The notes under the pieces are model-generated. The model worked only from the letters and a program-made list of their open reading frames with translations, searched no databases and was not told the DNA's origin. Positions 1-11,508 of a stretch of DNA of 64,000 bases are shown here, piece by piece. Origin of the DNA: Octopus vulgaris. Lineage: Eukaryota. The translations under genes and the position numbers were made by a program. The DNA lies in assembly GCA_951406725.2 (NCBI GenBank), contig OX597824.1:92690001-92754000 (forward strand). The letters are read 5' to 3'. Position 1 is the first letter of the stretch; each line of letters starts with the position of its first letter.

Positions 1-110
1 ATCTTTGCATAATGCTTAAAGCTTAGCAGTATTTACAATTATTTAAATATTTGCCGAGTCCTACTGCAAGGGTCGAATTTATCTTTCATCTCCGTCATAT
101 TTATATCATA

Positions 111-489
111 GTGGAGGCGCATTGGACCAGTGGTCATGGCAGCGGACACACGGTTGTAAGATTGCAGTTTCGATTCCCAGACCGGGTGTTGTGAGTGTTT
201 ATTAAGCGGAAGCAACTAAAGCTTCATGAGGCTCCGGCAAGGGGTGGTAGCGAACCCTGCTGTACCCTTTCATCACAGTTTTGTCTCACTCTTTCTTCTT
301 GTTTTTGTTTTAATTGTATTTCAAAGGCCAGCCTTGTCACACTCTGTGTCACGCTGAATCTCCCCGAGAAGTACATTAAGGGTACACGTGTCTGTGGAGT
401 GCTCAGCCACTTGCACGTTAATTTCACAAGCAAGCTGTTCCGTTGATCGGATCAATTGGAACCCTCGGTTTCGTAACCGACGGAGAGCC
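111..489 (+). mobile_element. tRNA-derived SINE, family A head with tail type X
   Basis: Starts GTGGAGGCGCATTGGACCAGTGG (A-box-like) and has GTTTCGATTCCC (B-box). The head matches the minus-strand copies at 57838 and 45771. Ends in a small hairpin followed by GGAGAGCC. Confidence 0.8.
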
Positions 490-827
490 GTAGTAATTGA
501 TATCATTATCAAGTTATGCACACTAGGTCAATATAATCTGTTACAGCACTCTATCAAAAAAGGTTTTTGGCCATCTTCCAACGGAAAGAAATCAATGTTA
601 GTACCATCACATCGCTAAAAGCAGAGATTCGGACGCGCTTGATTTACATTCTTATTAAATATGTTTAATTGATTTTTTCTCAAAAACATATTTATGTTAC
701 ATTATGTACTTACATGAGAAAGTGTGCGTCTAAATATTTTTCCTAGCTCAAAATGTAAAAAGCATACGTGTGAAAAGTTGCAGTTAGCCCTTGTAACTAG
801 ACGTAGTTTAAATTTTAACGATTTTCA

Positions 828-1060
828 TATTTTATCTCTTGCTTGTCTCACTCATTGGACTGCGGCCATCATGTTGCAACGCCAAAGAGGTTTTCACTCG
901 AATGTATCGGATGCACTACTTACGTGTTTTCATTAGGTCTGGCTCATATTTTATCGAAACATTTGCCGAACTGCTAAGGTACGTGGACGTAAACACACCA
1001 TCATCGGTTGCCAAGAGATGAGGTGGGGGAGAAACATTTACACAACACAGACACAGTGTG
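828..1060 (-). mobile_element. SINE family C, 3' half
   Basis: Reverse complement of the family C 3' region (GGTGTGTTTACGTCC...CTTAGCAGTTCGGCAAA...ATGGCCGCAGTC) seen in the copy at 39548-39930. Confidence 0.7.
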
Positions 1061-1158
1061 TAAAGAAGACGGAAAAATACCGCAAGGGATTTTTCTAACC
1101 CCTAAAATGTTTCTTCTTGGTCGTTTTAGTACATTTCTTTACAGGAACGCACACACAC

Positions 1159-1235
<77 letters not shown>

Positions 1236-1431
1236 ATGTGTGTATGTATGTATGTATGTATGTATGTATGCATGTATATATGTATATACATGTACACAAG
1301 AAGAAAACAATGGACACTCAAAATGAACAATGAAGTATAAATATATATTTTGTCATAGAGCAAACATACTCGGATTATACAGGCTACATCTCAAAATAAA
1401 CTAAAATGAAAGAACGAATTATAACTATATA

Positions 1432-1627
1432 TATTCTTTTCTACTCTAGGCACAAGTTGGGGCTAGTCGATTAGATCCACACCAGTATTCAACTGGTACT
1501 TTATTTATCGACCCCGAAATGATGAAATGCAAAGTCGACTTCGGCGGATTTTGAACTCAGAACGCAAACATAGACGAAATAACGCTATTTCGCCCGTCGT
1601 GCGAACGTTTCTGCCAGCTCGCCGCCT
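1432..1627 (-). mobile_element. tRNA-derived SINE family B (tail type 1)
   Basis: Minus strand reads GGCGGCGAGCTGGCAGAAACG (A box), GAGTTCAAAATCC (B box), then core GTCGACTTTGCATTTCATCATTTCGGGGTCGATAAATAAAGTACCAG, shared with more than 8 copies in the window. Confidence 0.8.
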
Positions 1628-1682
1628 TAATATATAAATATATATCTGTATATATTGTTACAGAGCAAACTTACTCGGATTA

Positions 1683-1800
1683 CACATGATTCCGGGTTCA
1701 GTCCCACTGCTTGGCACATTGGGCAAGTGTTTTCTGCTATAGCCTCCGGCCGACCAGACCTTTGACGGAAACTGAATGAAGTCCGTCGTACGTATATATA
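1683..1800 (+). mobile_element. SINE family C, 5' half
   Basis: CCGGGTTCAGTCCCACTG (B box), TTGGGCAAGTG (CORE-like motif), GACGGAAACTGAA, then runs into (TA)n. Confidence 0.75.
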
Positions 1801-1812
1801 TATATATATATA

Positions 1813-2206
1813 CAAGCAGTATCGCCCGGCGTTGCTCGGGTTGTAAGGGAAATAACTATATAAGCATTTTTAGAGAGTTATAGCAAAAAAATAGCAAAAA
1901 ATGCATTAAAAATTGAAAAATAATTAAGGTAAATTTTTTTTTAAATCGTTGACACATCGTAGATATTTTTAGAGAGTTACTTCCCTTATATAAAGGCGAA
2001 AAAAATGCATTAAAATGGAAAAATATGATGGTAATTTTTTTTTAAATCTTGGACTCATCGTAGACGCGCGCTAATACCCAGAAGGGCTCGATATGAATCA
2101 CGACTATAAGATACCCGCTTTTGGTTAAACTGCATCGCAAAATGTGGGAGTAGTTACGAATCTAAATCGTAGGAGACAGACACACAACTTCACTCTTATA
2201 TAAAGA
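1813..2206 (-). mobile_element. non-autonomous Helitron-like element with an internal ~100-bp duplication
   Basis: Minus strand begins A|TC at 2207/2206 and ends with a GC-rich hairpin (CCCGAGCAACGCCGGG) followed by CTTG|T, a variant of the CTRR end, so it sits in an AT dinucleotide. Two diverged subrepeats at ~1866-1963 and ~1966-2063. Confidence 0.65.
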
Positions 2207-2220
2207 TGCTTTTTTTTTTC

Positions 2221-2536
2221 AGTCATAGAGTTAGATTTATGAAGGTCTTCAGTAGAAAATCCTTCGAATTCTGACTCGCTGCTTGATATAATGAAATTCG
2301 TATCCATTTTTTGTCAGAATTACAAATTTTGAAAACACAATAGGAACAAATTTCGGAAAAAAATCTCCCATAATTCACGGAATTAAAATTACACTTCGAT
2401 TTTTGTACAAAACTGTATTTGAAGTGTTTACGAAGTATAATACGTGTTTTCACGAATGTACTAAAGAGATTTACTCTGATATTCTCATTTAAATATGAAT
2501 AGGTAAATTCAGGCGGTTTGGTAACAAAAGGGTTAA
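2221..2536 (-). mobile_element. piggyBac-like transposon left end with the start of the transposase N-terminus
   Basis: Minus strand starts TTAA-CCCTTTTGTTACC (TTAA target plus CCC terminus). The ORF from 2307 encodes the acidic MDTNFIISSSESEFEGFSTED, typical of piggyBac transposase N-termini. Truncated at ~2220. Confidence 0.55.
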
Positions 2537-3064
2537 ACGGATGCATACATAACTATATATAAGTGTCGCCTGTTTATACATAAACACTGTTTCATACTTT
2601 CAGTTTAGTCTTCCTCAAATCACTCTGTCGCTATTTACTCTCTTCCAAGAACATTTTCACTCACTCTTATCTCTTAGCTTGCCATACATTTTACTCATGT
2701 ATCTATCACCGTGATAGACAGAAACAAATATTACATCGCCATCGCCATCGCCATCGCATTCTATTGTCTACCTGTCAACACACACACAGTGAATTAGTTT
2801 CACTTTATTCGTTGCACACTTTGTGTGTACGTTTGCGTGTGCTGTAAACCAGACTAAGAAAAGCATTTGACATACACACCAGAATGTGAGTTTTCTGTAA
2901 ATTTTGCTTAATTGGAGTTTTAAATTTTAAAAACTGGACCTGGCATGACTCGATGCATTCTACTCTTAAAAATGCTAGGTAAATTGTAATTGAAGAAATC
3001 CTATATTGTAGATTTCTATAAGTGACAAAGGGAGGCAGATAAAATCTGCCTTTTATAATAAGAG

Positions 3065-3067
<3 letters not shown>

Positions 3068-3111
<44 letters not shown>

Positions 3112-3295
3112 AGTCCGTATATGTTTGTGTGCTTGTGTGTGTCTGACAACCGATGCCGGTGTGTTTACGGTCCTGTAACTTAGCGGTTCGGCAAAAGGGG
3201 AAAAGAAAAAGACCTGGGGTTAATTTGCTCGACTAAAGCCGGTGCACCAGCATGGCCGCATACAAATGGCTGAAACAAGTAAAAGAATAAAAGAA
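3068..3295 (+). mobile_element. SINE family C, 3' half
   Basis: (TG)n followed by GACAACCGATGCCGGTGTGTTTACG...TTAGCGGTTCGGCAAAAG...CCAGCATGGCCGCA...GAAACAAGTAAAAGAATAAAAG. Confidence 0.75.
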
Positions 3296-3929
3296 CATAT
3301 AAATATTTACACATACACACACAGGCACGCACATACAAGCAAACGCACATACAAGCAGACACACACACACACACACAGATACTTTTGAAATATAAAATTT
3401 GTGTAAAATTTGTGTAATCTGCATGCATATTCTTGCGTGTGACTTCTACGAGTCAATAAGAGCCTCGATGTGTGTTTTCTTTGAGAGAGACAGAGAGATA
3501 AAGGGCGGGAGAGTGCGTGTGTATTTGCGTGTATGTGTGTGTGTTTATGTATGTGTTTGTGTCTCTGTCTGTGTGTGAGCCTATCTTACAGTTCATTTTT
3601 CTTATGTCGTTTCAAACTCGTCGTACAATGCGTTCTTTCACAGCATTCATATTGCGATGTATTATTATTATATTTTTTTCCCGCCATAACATACTTCTTC
3701 CAATACAGATTTCTAGCTGCAGGATAGAAGTCGTGTTCGAGCTATATCATCGCCATCATCATCATTATCATCATCATCAACGACGTTGTCAATATTATCA
3801 TCATCATCACAATCACCATTATTATTATAATTGCCATTATCATAGTCATTATCGTTTCGTAGCGCAATATTAGTACTAAATATGGTAGTTGCTGCACCAG
3901 CTGTAAAAAAAATAAAAGCAGCAGAGTAA

Positions 3930-3930
3930 C

Positions 3931-4007
<77 letters not shown>

Positions 4008-4088
4008 GTAGTAGTAACGTCACCAGCAGCGGTAGTAGTGGTAGCAGTAGCAGGAGAAGCAGCTTCAGCACTAGTAGTAGTGGTGGTG

Positions 4089-4133
<45 letters not shown>
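3930..4133. repeat. (TAG)n/(TGG)n trinucleotide microsatellite
   Basis: Directly visible. Confidence 0.95.
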
Positions 4134-4134
<1 letters not shown>

Positions 4135-4367
4135 AAACAGTAAAATTTTCCTTATTATCTGCACCAAACTGCGATATCAGTATCCTTCTAAAAAAATTTT
4201 TTATATAACTTAACATTTCAGTGAAAACAGAAAACACGTGAAAATCACTCCCTCATACACATACACACACAATTACACTCACATAATTATAATAAGTACA
4301 AATATCCATATTCGTATACAGACACACATATATATACATATATACACATGTATATATATATATATGC

Positions 4368-4418
<51 letters not shown>

Positions 4419-4458
4419 TGTATGTATGTATATATATGTATGTATTTATGCATACGGT

Positions 4459-4508
<50 letters not shown>

Positions 4509-4671
4509 CGCACACACACACATATATATACATGTGTGTGGCTGTGTGTATGTATATAAATTTACATATATATATGTATATGAATATGTATAGTGTATAT
4601 ACATATATTTGTGCGTGTGTGCAGGTATATTTATGTGTATATGCATATCTATATAGAGAGATATAGATGCC

Positions 4672-4733
<62 letters not shown>

Positions 4734-5264
4734 TACGTTAGCAAAATTTCATAAACGAATATGTAACGTAAATATAATCTGGAGAATAGTGCAACGAGAT
4801 AATGAAAAAGATATATTATAAACGAATTTGTGTAGACGAAAGTTAATAAGAGAAAGTTTGAGAGGCAAATGTGATAAAAATAATTTTTATGAGGTCAGTG
4901 TAACAATATATGGGCGAAACCTCGACAGAATGGAAACGTGAATATGAGGATGGTTTTGATAGTTTAGGTAAGAAAAAATGGAGTAGCAGCGTGAAATATA
5001 ATTGAAGAGACACGATGAGCCATAAATAAGGAAATTAATAAATTTGAATTCAGATATTTCATGCTGAAGTATATTTAAGTATATATATTATAATGAAGAA
5101 AAGGAAGTATATACAGAAAGTAATAATTAGAGAGGAAAAAAGTGCGGGAAGTAATGAATTATATTATTCTGATAGACATCGAGATATGTAGACAGGTATG
5201 GCAGCATATGGACTGACGTAAGTGTATTCATCCGAACATGCATACTCACAGAAGCGAGTATATA

Positions 5265-5336
<72 letters not shown>

Positions 5337-5417
5337 TATAGATATAGATATATATATACATACATATATATATACATATATGAACATATATGTATATATA
5401 TATACACACATATATGA

Positions 5418-5462
<45 letters not shown>

Positions 5463-5794
5463 CGTGTGTGTGTGTAACTCTATATATGTGTGTATGAATA
5501 CAGAGAGAGTGAGGTGGGAGACAGGAGCCGATGGATAGCGATACGGATATTCATGAAGATAGAGTTGAAATTTAGTGAGAAACTTCTTTAATAGAAAGTT
5601 TGAAGATGTTAAATTAAGAAGCATGATTGATATGAAGAAGTAAATATCACAGTGCCTGTGTGTGTTTACACACGAACATACGTTCATCCACAGATTCATA
5701 AATATAAATGCATTTATTACATTCATACACATAAACACGCATCTATCAACATACCTTGCAAGATCCTTCATGTGAGTTCGTGTGTTGAAGCATA

Positions 5795-6062
5795 TTCTGT
5801 TGTGTCTGGGGAGAGTCATTATCTTTTGGTCCCTTATCATTTAACCCACACTCACCGGGAAATTTCCACTCATTTACCTATTTATTTTTCAAAAATTTCC
5901 GTCGCGTCGTACACACTTTTCAATACCTGTTGACTCTATTGAAAAAAGTTGCATTACGCAAAGAAAACTTTAGAAAAATAAATAAATGAGTGGAAAATTT
6001 TCCTGTGTGTGTGTTAAATTATAAGGCATTAAAAGAGAATCACTCTCCCCAGACTCAATAGA

Positions 6063-6063
<1 letters not shown>
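5795..6063. mobile_element. palindromic MITE / foldback element (~270 bp)
   Basis: Left arm TTCTGTTGTGTCTGGGGAGAGTCATT...TTTCCACTCATTTA is the imperfect reverse complement of right arm TAAATGAGTGGAAA...AATCACTCTCCCCAGACTCAATAGAA. Centre near 5930. Confidence 0.75.
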
Positions 6064-6138
<75 letters not shown>

Positions 6139-6212
6139 TCATATGTGTATATATATATATGTATGTATATACATATGTCTATAGATATATAAGTTATACA
6201 AATCCATGTATG

Positions 6213-6267
<55 letters not shown>

Positions 6268-6268
<1 letters not shown>

Positions 6269-6471
6269 AAGTTAATCCAAACAAGAAAGCACAAAAAAAC
6301 ACAACAACGCGAGGACGTGGAACAGATATAGTATCATTGGACGCTCAGGAAAGAAGGAAAGAAGGAGGATTTAACGTTTCGAGCGGAGCTCTTCGTCGGA
6401 AACATAGGAGAAGGAAAGATCCTGAGAAGGGAAGACAGAGGGAAAAAAATCGCCAACGGTACACACGAGGT

Positions 6472-6473
<2 letters not shown>
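6268..6473 (-). mobile_element. (TA)n-embedded short Penelope-like element with a hammerhead-like motif
   Basis: Flanked by (TA)n on both sides. Minus strand at 6370-6400 reads CCGACGA-A-GAGC-TCC-GCTC-GAAA-CGTTA. Shares the downstream CCTGAGCGT motif with the copies at 20130-20505 (CCGGAGCGT in the 28977 copy). Confidence 0.55.
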
Positions 6474-6510
<37 letters not shown>

Positions 6511-6550
6511 TGATATATATATATATATATATATCATATATATATATATG

Positions 6551-7054
6551 TATTGTATTGTATTGGCATCCTTTCTGTCTCGGGAGACAATGGAGTTGCG
6601 CATGTTTTTGTTTTTGTTTCTTTTTTGTAGTCTAGTCCGGCTTTTATATTTCATGTCCTGATACATTTCCTGCTGTGGCTGTGTAGTCCTATCCTGGACA
6701 AACACTCCCTCTGGCAGGTACCGCAAATGTAGCGAAGACTGTTCCTGGCTGGTTGTAGTGCCATAGTCTCTTGTTTATGTCTCTTCCATTCTTTCCATTT
6801 CTCCTCTCTCTCTCTGTCACTCTTTTGTATTCCCTCTTTTACTGTACGTCGCCATTCTGCACGGTTGCCGGCAACTGCCTCCCAACCGCTAATATTGATG
6901 CTGCAGGCCTTCATATCCCTTTTGCAAACATCCCTGTAACGTAAGATCGGTCTACCCACAGACCTAGTACCCCTAGCAAGCTCTCCGTAGAGTATGTCCT
7001 TGGGGATTCTGCCATCTTTCATACGGCTAACATGCCCAAGCCATCTCATACGTC
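6551..7054 (-). mobile_element. RTE-clade LINE, non-inverted 3' segment (ORF C-terminus, 3' UTR, (CAATA)n tail)
   Basis: ORF 7049-6651 reads RWLGHVSRMKDGRIPKDILYGELARGTRSVGRP...CGTCQRECLSRIGLHSHSRKC, the typical RTE C-terminus with a Cys/His motif. 3' end hairpin TGTCTC-CC-GAGACA then GGATGCCAATACAATACAATAC. Confidence 0.92.
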
Positions 7055-8135
7055 AAACAAAGGTGACCGTGGTGATTGTAACAATTACCGTGGTATATCC
7101 CTTCTAAGCACTGTTGGAAAGACGTTTGCCTGCGTTATCCTGGCCAGGCTACAACTACTTGCTTCTCGAATCTATCCGGAATCGCAGTGTGGCTTTAGAA
7201 GAAGCAGATCAACTGTCGATATGATATTCTCCATACGCCAACTTCAGAAGTCCAGAGAGCAGAAAATGCCATTATATATGGCCTTCATTGATCTAGGCCT
7301 CTTCCTCCTGCTCCAAAAAATCGGATGTCCATCAAAGCTGCTGAGGATCATCAAGTCTTTCCATGATGACATGCAAGGCACCATACAGCACAACGGTTCA
7401 ACATTAGCCGCCTTCCAAATAAAAAACGGGGTAAAGCAAGGCTGTGTCCTCGCTCCTACATTGTTTGGCATCTTCTTCTCACTCTTACTTTCACATGCCT
7501 TTCAGACATCAGATGATGGAGTGTATCTGCACAGTAGAAGTGACGGGAAACTGTTCAATCTCTCGCGCCTGCGTGCCAAGACCAAAATCAGAAAAGTCCT
7601 GATCAAGGAGATGTTATTTGCTGATGATGCCGCTCTGGTAACACACACAGAAGAAGCCCTCCAAAGGCTCATTAACTGTTTTGAGCAAGCATGTAACGAC
7701 TTTGGCTTAGCTATCAGCCTTAAGAAGACCAACATCATGGGCCATGCTACATCGGACATCCCAAACATACATATTGGAGACCACAGATTACAAGAGGTGG
7801 AGAAGTTTACCTATCTGGGCTCTACCGTCACCTACAACCTATCTCTTGACGCTGAGCTCAATATACGCATTGGCAAGGCAGCTGCTGCGATGGCCCAACT
7901 CCCCAAACGGGCTTGGGACAACAATAAGCTGACCAAGACCACGAAAATGAAGATCTACCAGGCATGTGTACTCAGAACTCTACTGTATGGAAGCGAGACC
8001 TGGACGCTATACACACGCCAAGAGCGTCGCCTAAACATCTTTCACCTGCGCTGCCTCCGAAAAATCCTCCGCATCAAATGGCAAAATCATATCCCCAACA
8101 AAGATGTCCTCAGGCAAGCAGGAATACCAAGCATA
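7055..8135 (+). pseudogene. RTE-clade LINE reverse transcriptase domain, inverted 5' segment of the same insertion
   Basis: Uninterrupted frame NKGDRGDCNNYRGISLLS, PESQCGFR, GVKQGCVLAPTLF, LFADD (7617-7628), FTYLGS, LLYGSETW, FHLRCLRKIL. The endonuclease is absent and the KAFD motif is deleted. Confidence 0.93.
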
Positions 8136-8229
8136 TATGTATATCTACTTCCATACACATATACATCGTTGTGTGAGTGTTGCGTGTGTGTGTGTTCGCA
8201 GGTACATGTGTGTGTGAACCTAATGAAAT

Positions 8230-8530
8230 TCCAAGCTACTCTAAGCTACAATTCAATACCGCTGCAGAAGGCAGCCAACAAAATATGGCGGAGATGGAAA
8301 AGAGCAACAATCGTGATATTACAGACTCAATATCCCAGGGTAGATGACAACGGTAAACAGCGATTATGAAGAAATATAAAAACCGGAGAAAGTAATTAAC
8401 TCAAGAGTTTGCTGTGAAACAAAAGAAAACCGTGTAAGTGATAATAATTGGAGGTCTACGGGTCGTTAAGAGAGAATTCTAAATTTCTTAAACTAGCTGG
8501 CACTGGAAACGATTTAGGAATATTTCCAAC
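8230..8530 (+). mobile_element. possible decayed R4/Dong-type (restriction-like endonuclease) LINE 3' fragment
   Basis: Frameshifted translation gives KRATIV...YPRVDDN and IIGGLRVV, reminiscent of the IID.AIP.D / VIIGALG.V motifs. Highly degenerate. Confidence 0.3.
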
Positions 8531-8904
8531 GATATTTCTTGTAATCTTTGAATTGGCGAAATAAAGGTTTTGCGGTTTCGATTTTTTTTTTGTTTTTTAA
8601 TGTTTTTTTTTTTTTTTGCATTTATCTAGCCATGCAATTCTGTCTCGTTCAGAATCTAATTAATTAAATACATTGATCGATTCTATGAAACTGTTGTTAA
8701 GAATCAGCATCTTTTAGAACGCAACAGGGAATTGGGTAACAAAATGCAAAAACAGCTCCAGATATTCCTGTCCCCGCCTCTCTCTCTCTCTCTCTTTCCC
8801 ACTCTCTTTCTCTCTCCATCTCTCTCCCCCTCTCTTTCTACAACCATCGCCTTCATAATATCTAAATAGTATTAAATGAGATCGAATGACATCCATATTT
8901 GTCG

Positions 8905-9110
8905 TTTATCTTTTATTGTGTCCCTTTTATATGTCTCAGTCGCTGAGTTACACCTTTAGGATCGCCTTGAAGGGTTAAATGGAACACATCGATCCCAAGA
9001 TACCTTATTTTCAATATCTGGTAATTATGCTATCGTTTGCTTGCCGAACCGCTAAGTTACGGGAATGTAAGCAATCCAATGACGATTGTCAAGCTTTAGG
9101 AACACACGCA
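8905..9110 (-). mobile_element. decayed SINE family C, 3' half
   Basis: TTGCCGAACCGCTAAGTTACGGGAATGTAA...TTGTCAAGC matches family C in reverse. Confidence 0.6.
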
Positions 9111-9356
9111 CGACAACGCGCGCAAAGACACACAGTCGTTTGAACTGTGCAGACGCACGGTGTAGAGACAACGCAACCCAGGTAAACAAAGATATCTGAT
9201 CTTGGTAATTCAGTCATGAACATTTTATAAAGTTACTTTCTATAGCGTTTCCCAAGCGCAGCTTCCAAGTTAGGTGAATAGAATATAAACGAGTTATGAA
9301 GATGTGCAGGTGTCAAGCCATTACGGCTGTTTCAAGCGGCTCTTTTAATTGATTAA

Positions 9357-9810
9357 TCCTTTCTACCATAGGCACACCGCTAGAAATTAGGTAGGGGAAG
9401 GTCAGTCGATAAGATTGACCTCAGCACACAATTGTACTTAATTCATTGAACCTAAAAGGGTAAAAGGCAACATCGAACTCGGCGGAATTTGAACTGAGAA
9501 TGTAGCAATGGGCGAAATACCTATTTCTTTACTACCTACAAGGGGCTAAACACAGTGGGGACAAAAAAAGGAGAGACAAACGAATTAAGTCGATTATATC
9601 GACCCCAGTGCGTAACTGGTACTTAATTTATCGACCCCGAAAGGATGAAAGGCACAGTCGACCTCGGCGGAATTTGAACTCAGAACGTAGCGGCGGAGGA
9701 AATACCACAAAGCATTTCGGCCGGCGTGCTAACGATTCTGCCAGCTCACCGCCATCGATTGGCGAAATACCGCTAAGCATTTCGTCCAGTGCCTTAACGA
9801 TTCTGCCTCC
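9357..9810 (-). mobile_element. nested SINE B: a tail-2 copy (9522-9753) inserted into an older tail-1 copy
   Basis: The older body lies at 9357-9520 and its head at 9761-9810. They are separated by a complete younger copy, with GGCGAAATACC duplicated at 9511-9521 and 9761-9771. Confidence 0.8.
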
Positions 9811-10211
9811 TAGCTGTCTTCCAGATGTTTTCAAAGTCTCCTAGCCTCCTTCCAGATGGTTACGAAACCTTCTAACCGCCTCCCAGTTGGTTAAAAAACG
9901 AAATTCTTAACCATACAACCTTGCCAAGTCAATCCATAATAGATATTTTCATACAACTTTAAACTCAAAAACATAGAGAATGTAGCCAAACGAATATTGA
10001 ACCCTACGAAGCGCACCTCGTAGTGTCCCTTGTCATTCAGTAATGTAGGGGACCTTATTCGAAGTCTTGCCAAAAATTCACAACGGTAATTTATTCTCAA
10101 CAGAGCTTGCCAAACCTTCGGGAAGCGACATGTTGCACATCCACCACAAGCGAGAACAATCATCTATACGTCCTCCCCTTCCATTCTTCTTTCTCCTCCT
10201 CCTGCTACAAA

Positions 10212-10267
<56 letters not shown>

Positions 10268-10278
10268 TTAATAATAAT

Positions 10279-10314
<36 letters not shown>

Positions 10315-10362
10315 GATAACATGTTCGCAGTGATGATTATATTGTTGGTGAATGAAGAAATA

Positions 10363-10442
<80 letters not shown>

Positions 10443-10914
10443 ATGGGTTCAAAAGAAAACTTAATAAAGAATACAAAAAAAAATTCTCATAAATAAATTA
10501 TTTTCTAATTAATCTTTGTTGATAATTTCGCTCCCTCGAGTAATGATGTCACAGATAACGTGGACTGATTGTGAGTTCGGCATTTAAATTTTTTCTCTCG
10601 CTCTCGGTCTTTTCCATTGATATTTTTCTTGTTTTTGCAATTGCTATTTTATTGCCCTTTTGTTACTAATGTTGTTGTTGCTGTTGGTGGTGGGGGTTAT
10701 GGTGTTGTTAGTGTTGCTGTTGTTGACGCTGGTGATGGCGCTCCAGATTGATAATGTTGAATAGAGTGGCTTTTACACAATTTCGCTTCGGTACATTTTA
10801 TTGTTTTTTTTTTCTTTTTCTCTTTTGCTACAAATTGTGTTCCTTTCTTTGTCGCTCTTCCGGTTTCCATTCTCATGTTTTCGCTCTTGCTAATTTTGCT
10901 GTTGTTGCTGCCGT

Positions 10915-11232
10915 TTTTTTTCTTCTTCTTCTTCTTCTTCTTCTTCTTCTTCTTCTTCTTCTTCTTCTTCTTCTTCTTCTTTTCTTCTTCTTCTTCTTTT
11001 CTTCTTCTTCTTCTTCTTCCTCTGCTTCCTCTGCTTCCTCTGCTTCCTCTTCCTCTTCTTCTTCTTAACCTTCTTTCTTCTTCTTTTTCTTCATTTTCTT
11101 CTTAACCTTCTTTTTTCTTCTTTCTTTTTCTTCATTTTCTTCTTAACCTTCTTTTCTTCTTCTTCTTTTTCTTCATTTTCTTCTTAAACTTCTTCTTCTT
11201 CGTCTTCTTCTTCTTCTTCTTCTTCTTTTCTT

Positions 11233-11263
<31 letters not shown>

Positions 11264-11473
11264 AACTCCTTCTTCTTCATCTTCTTCTTCTTCTTCTTCT
11301 TCTTTTTCCTTCTTCTTCTTCTTCTTCTTCTTCTTCCTCTTCCTCTTCTCCTCCTGCTGCTGCTGCTTCTTCTTTCTTCCTCTTCTGCCCTTTTCTTCTT
11401 GTTCTTCTTCACGTTCTTCCTCTTCTTCATGTTGTTGTTGTTGCTCTTCTTCTTCCGCAACTGCTGTTGCCGT

Positions 11474-11508
<35 letters not shown>

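Noticed and set aside
7032-8369. 445-aa ORF as an intact gene or active retrotransposase
   Set aside because: Its ATG lies in the antisense strand of the other LINE segment, the C-terminal ~75 aa are read-through into flanking DNA, and the endonuclease and KAFD motif are missing.
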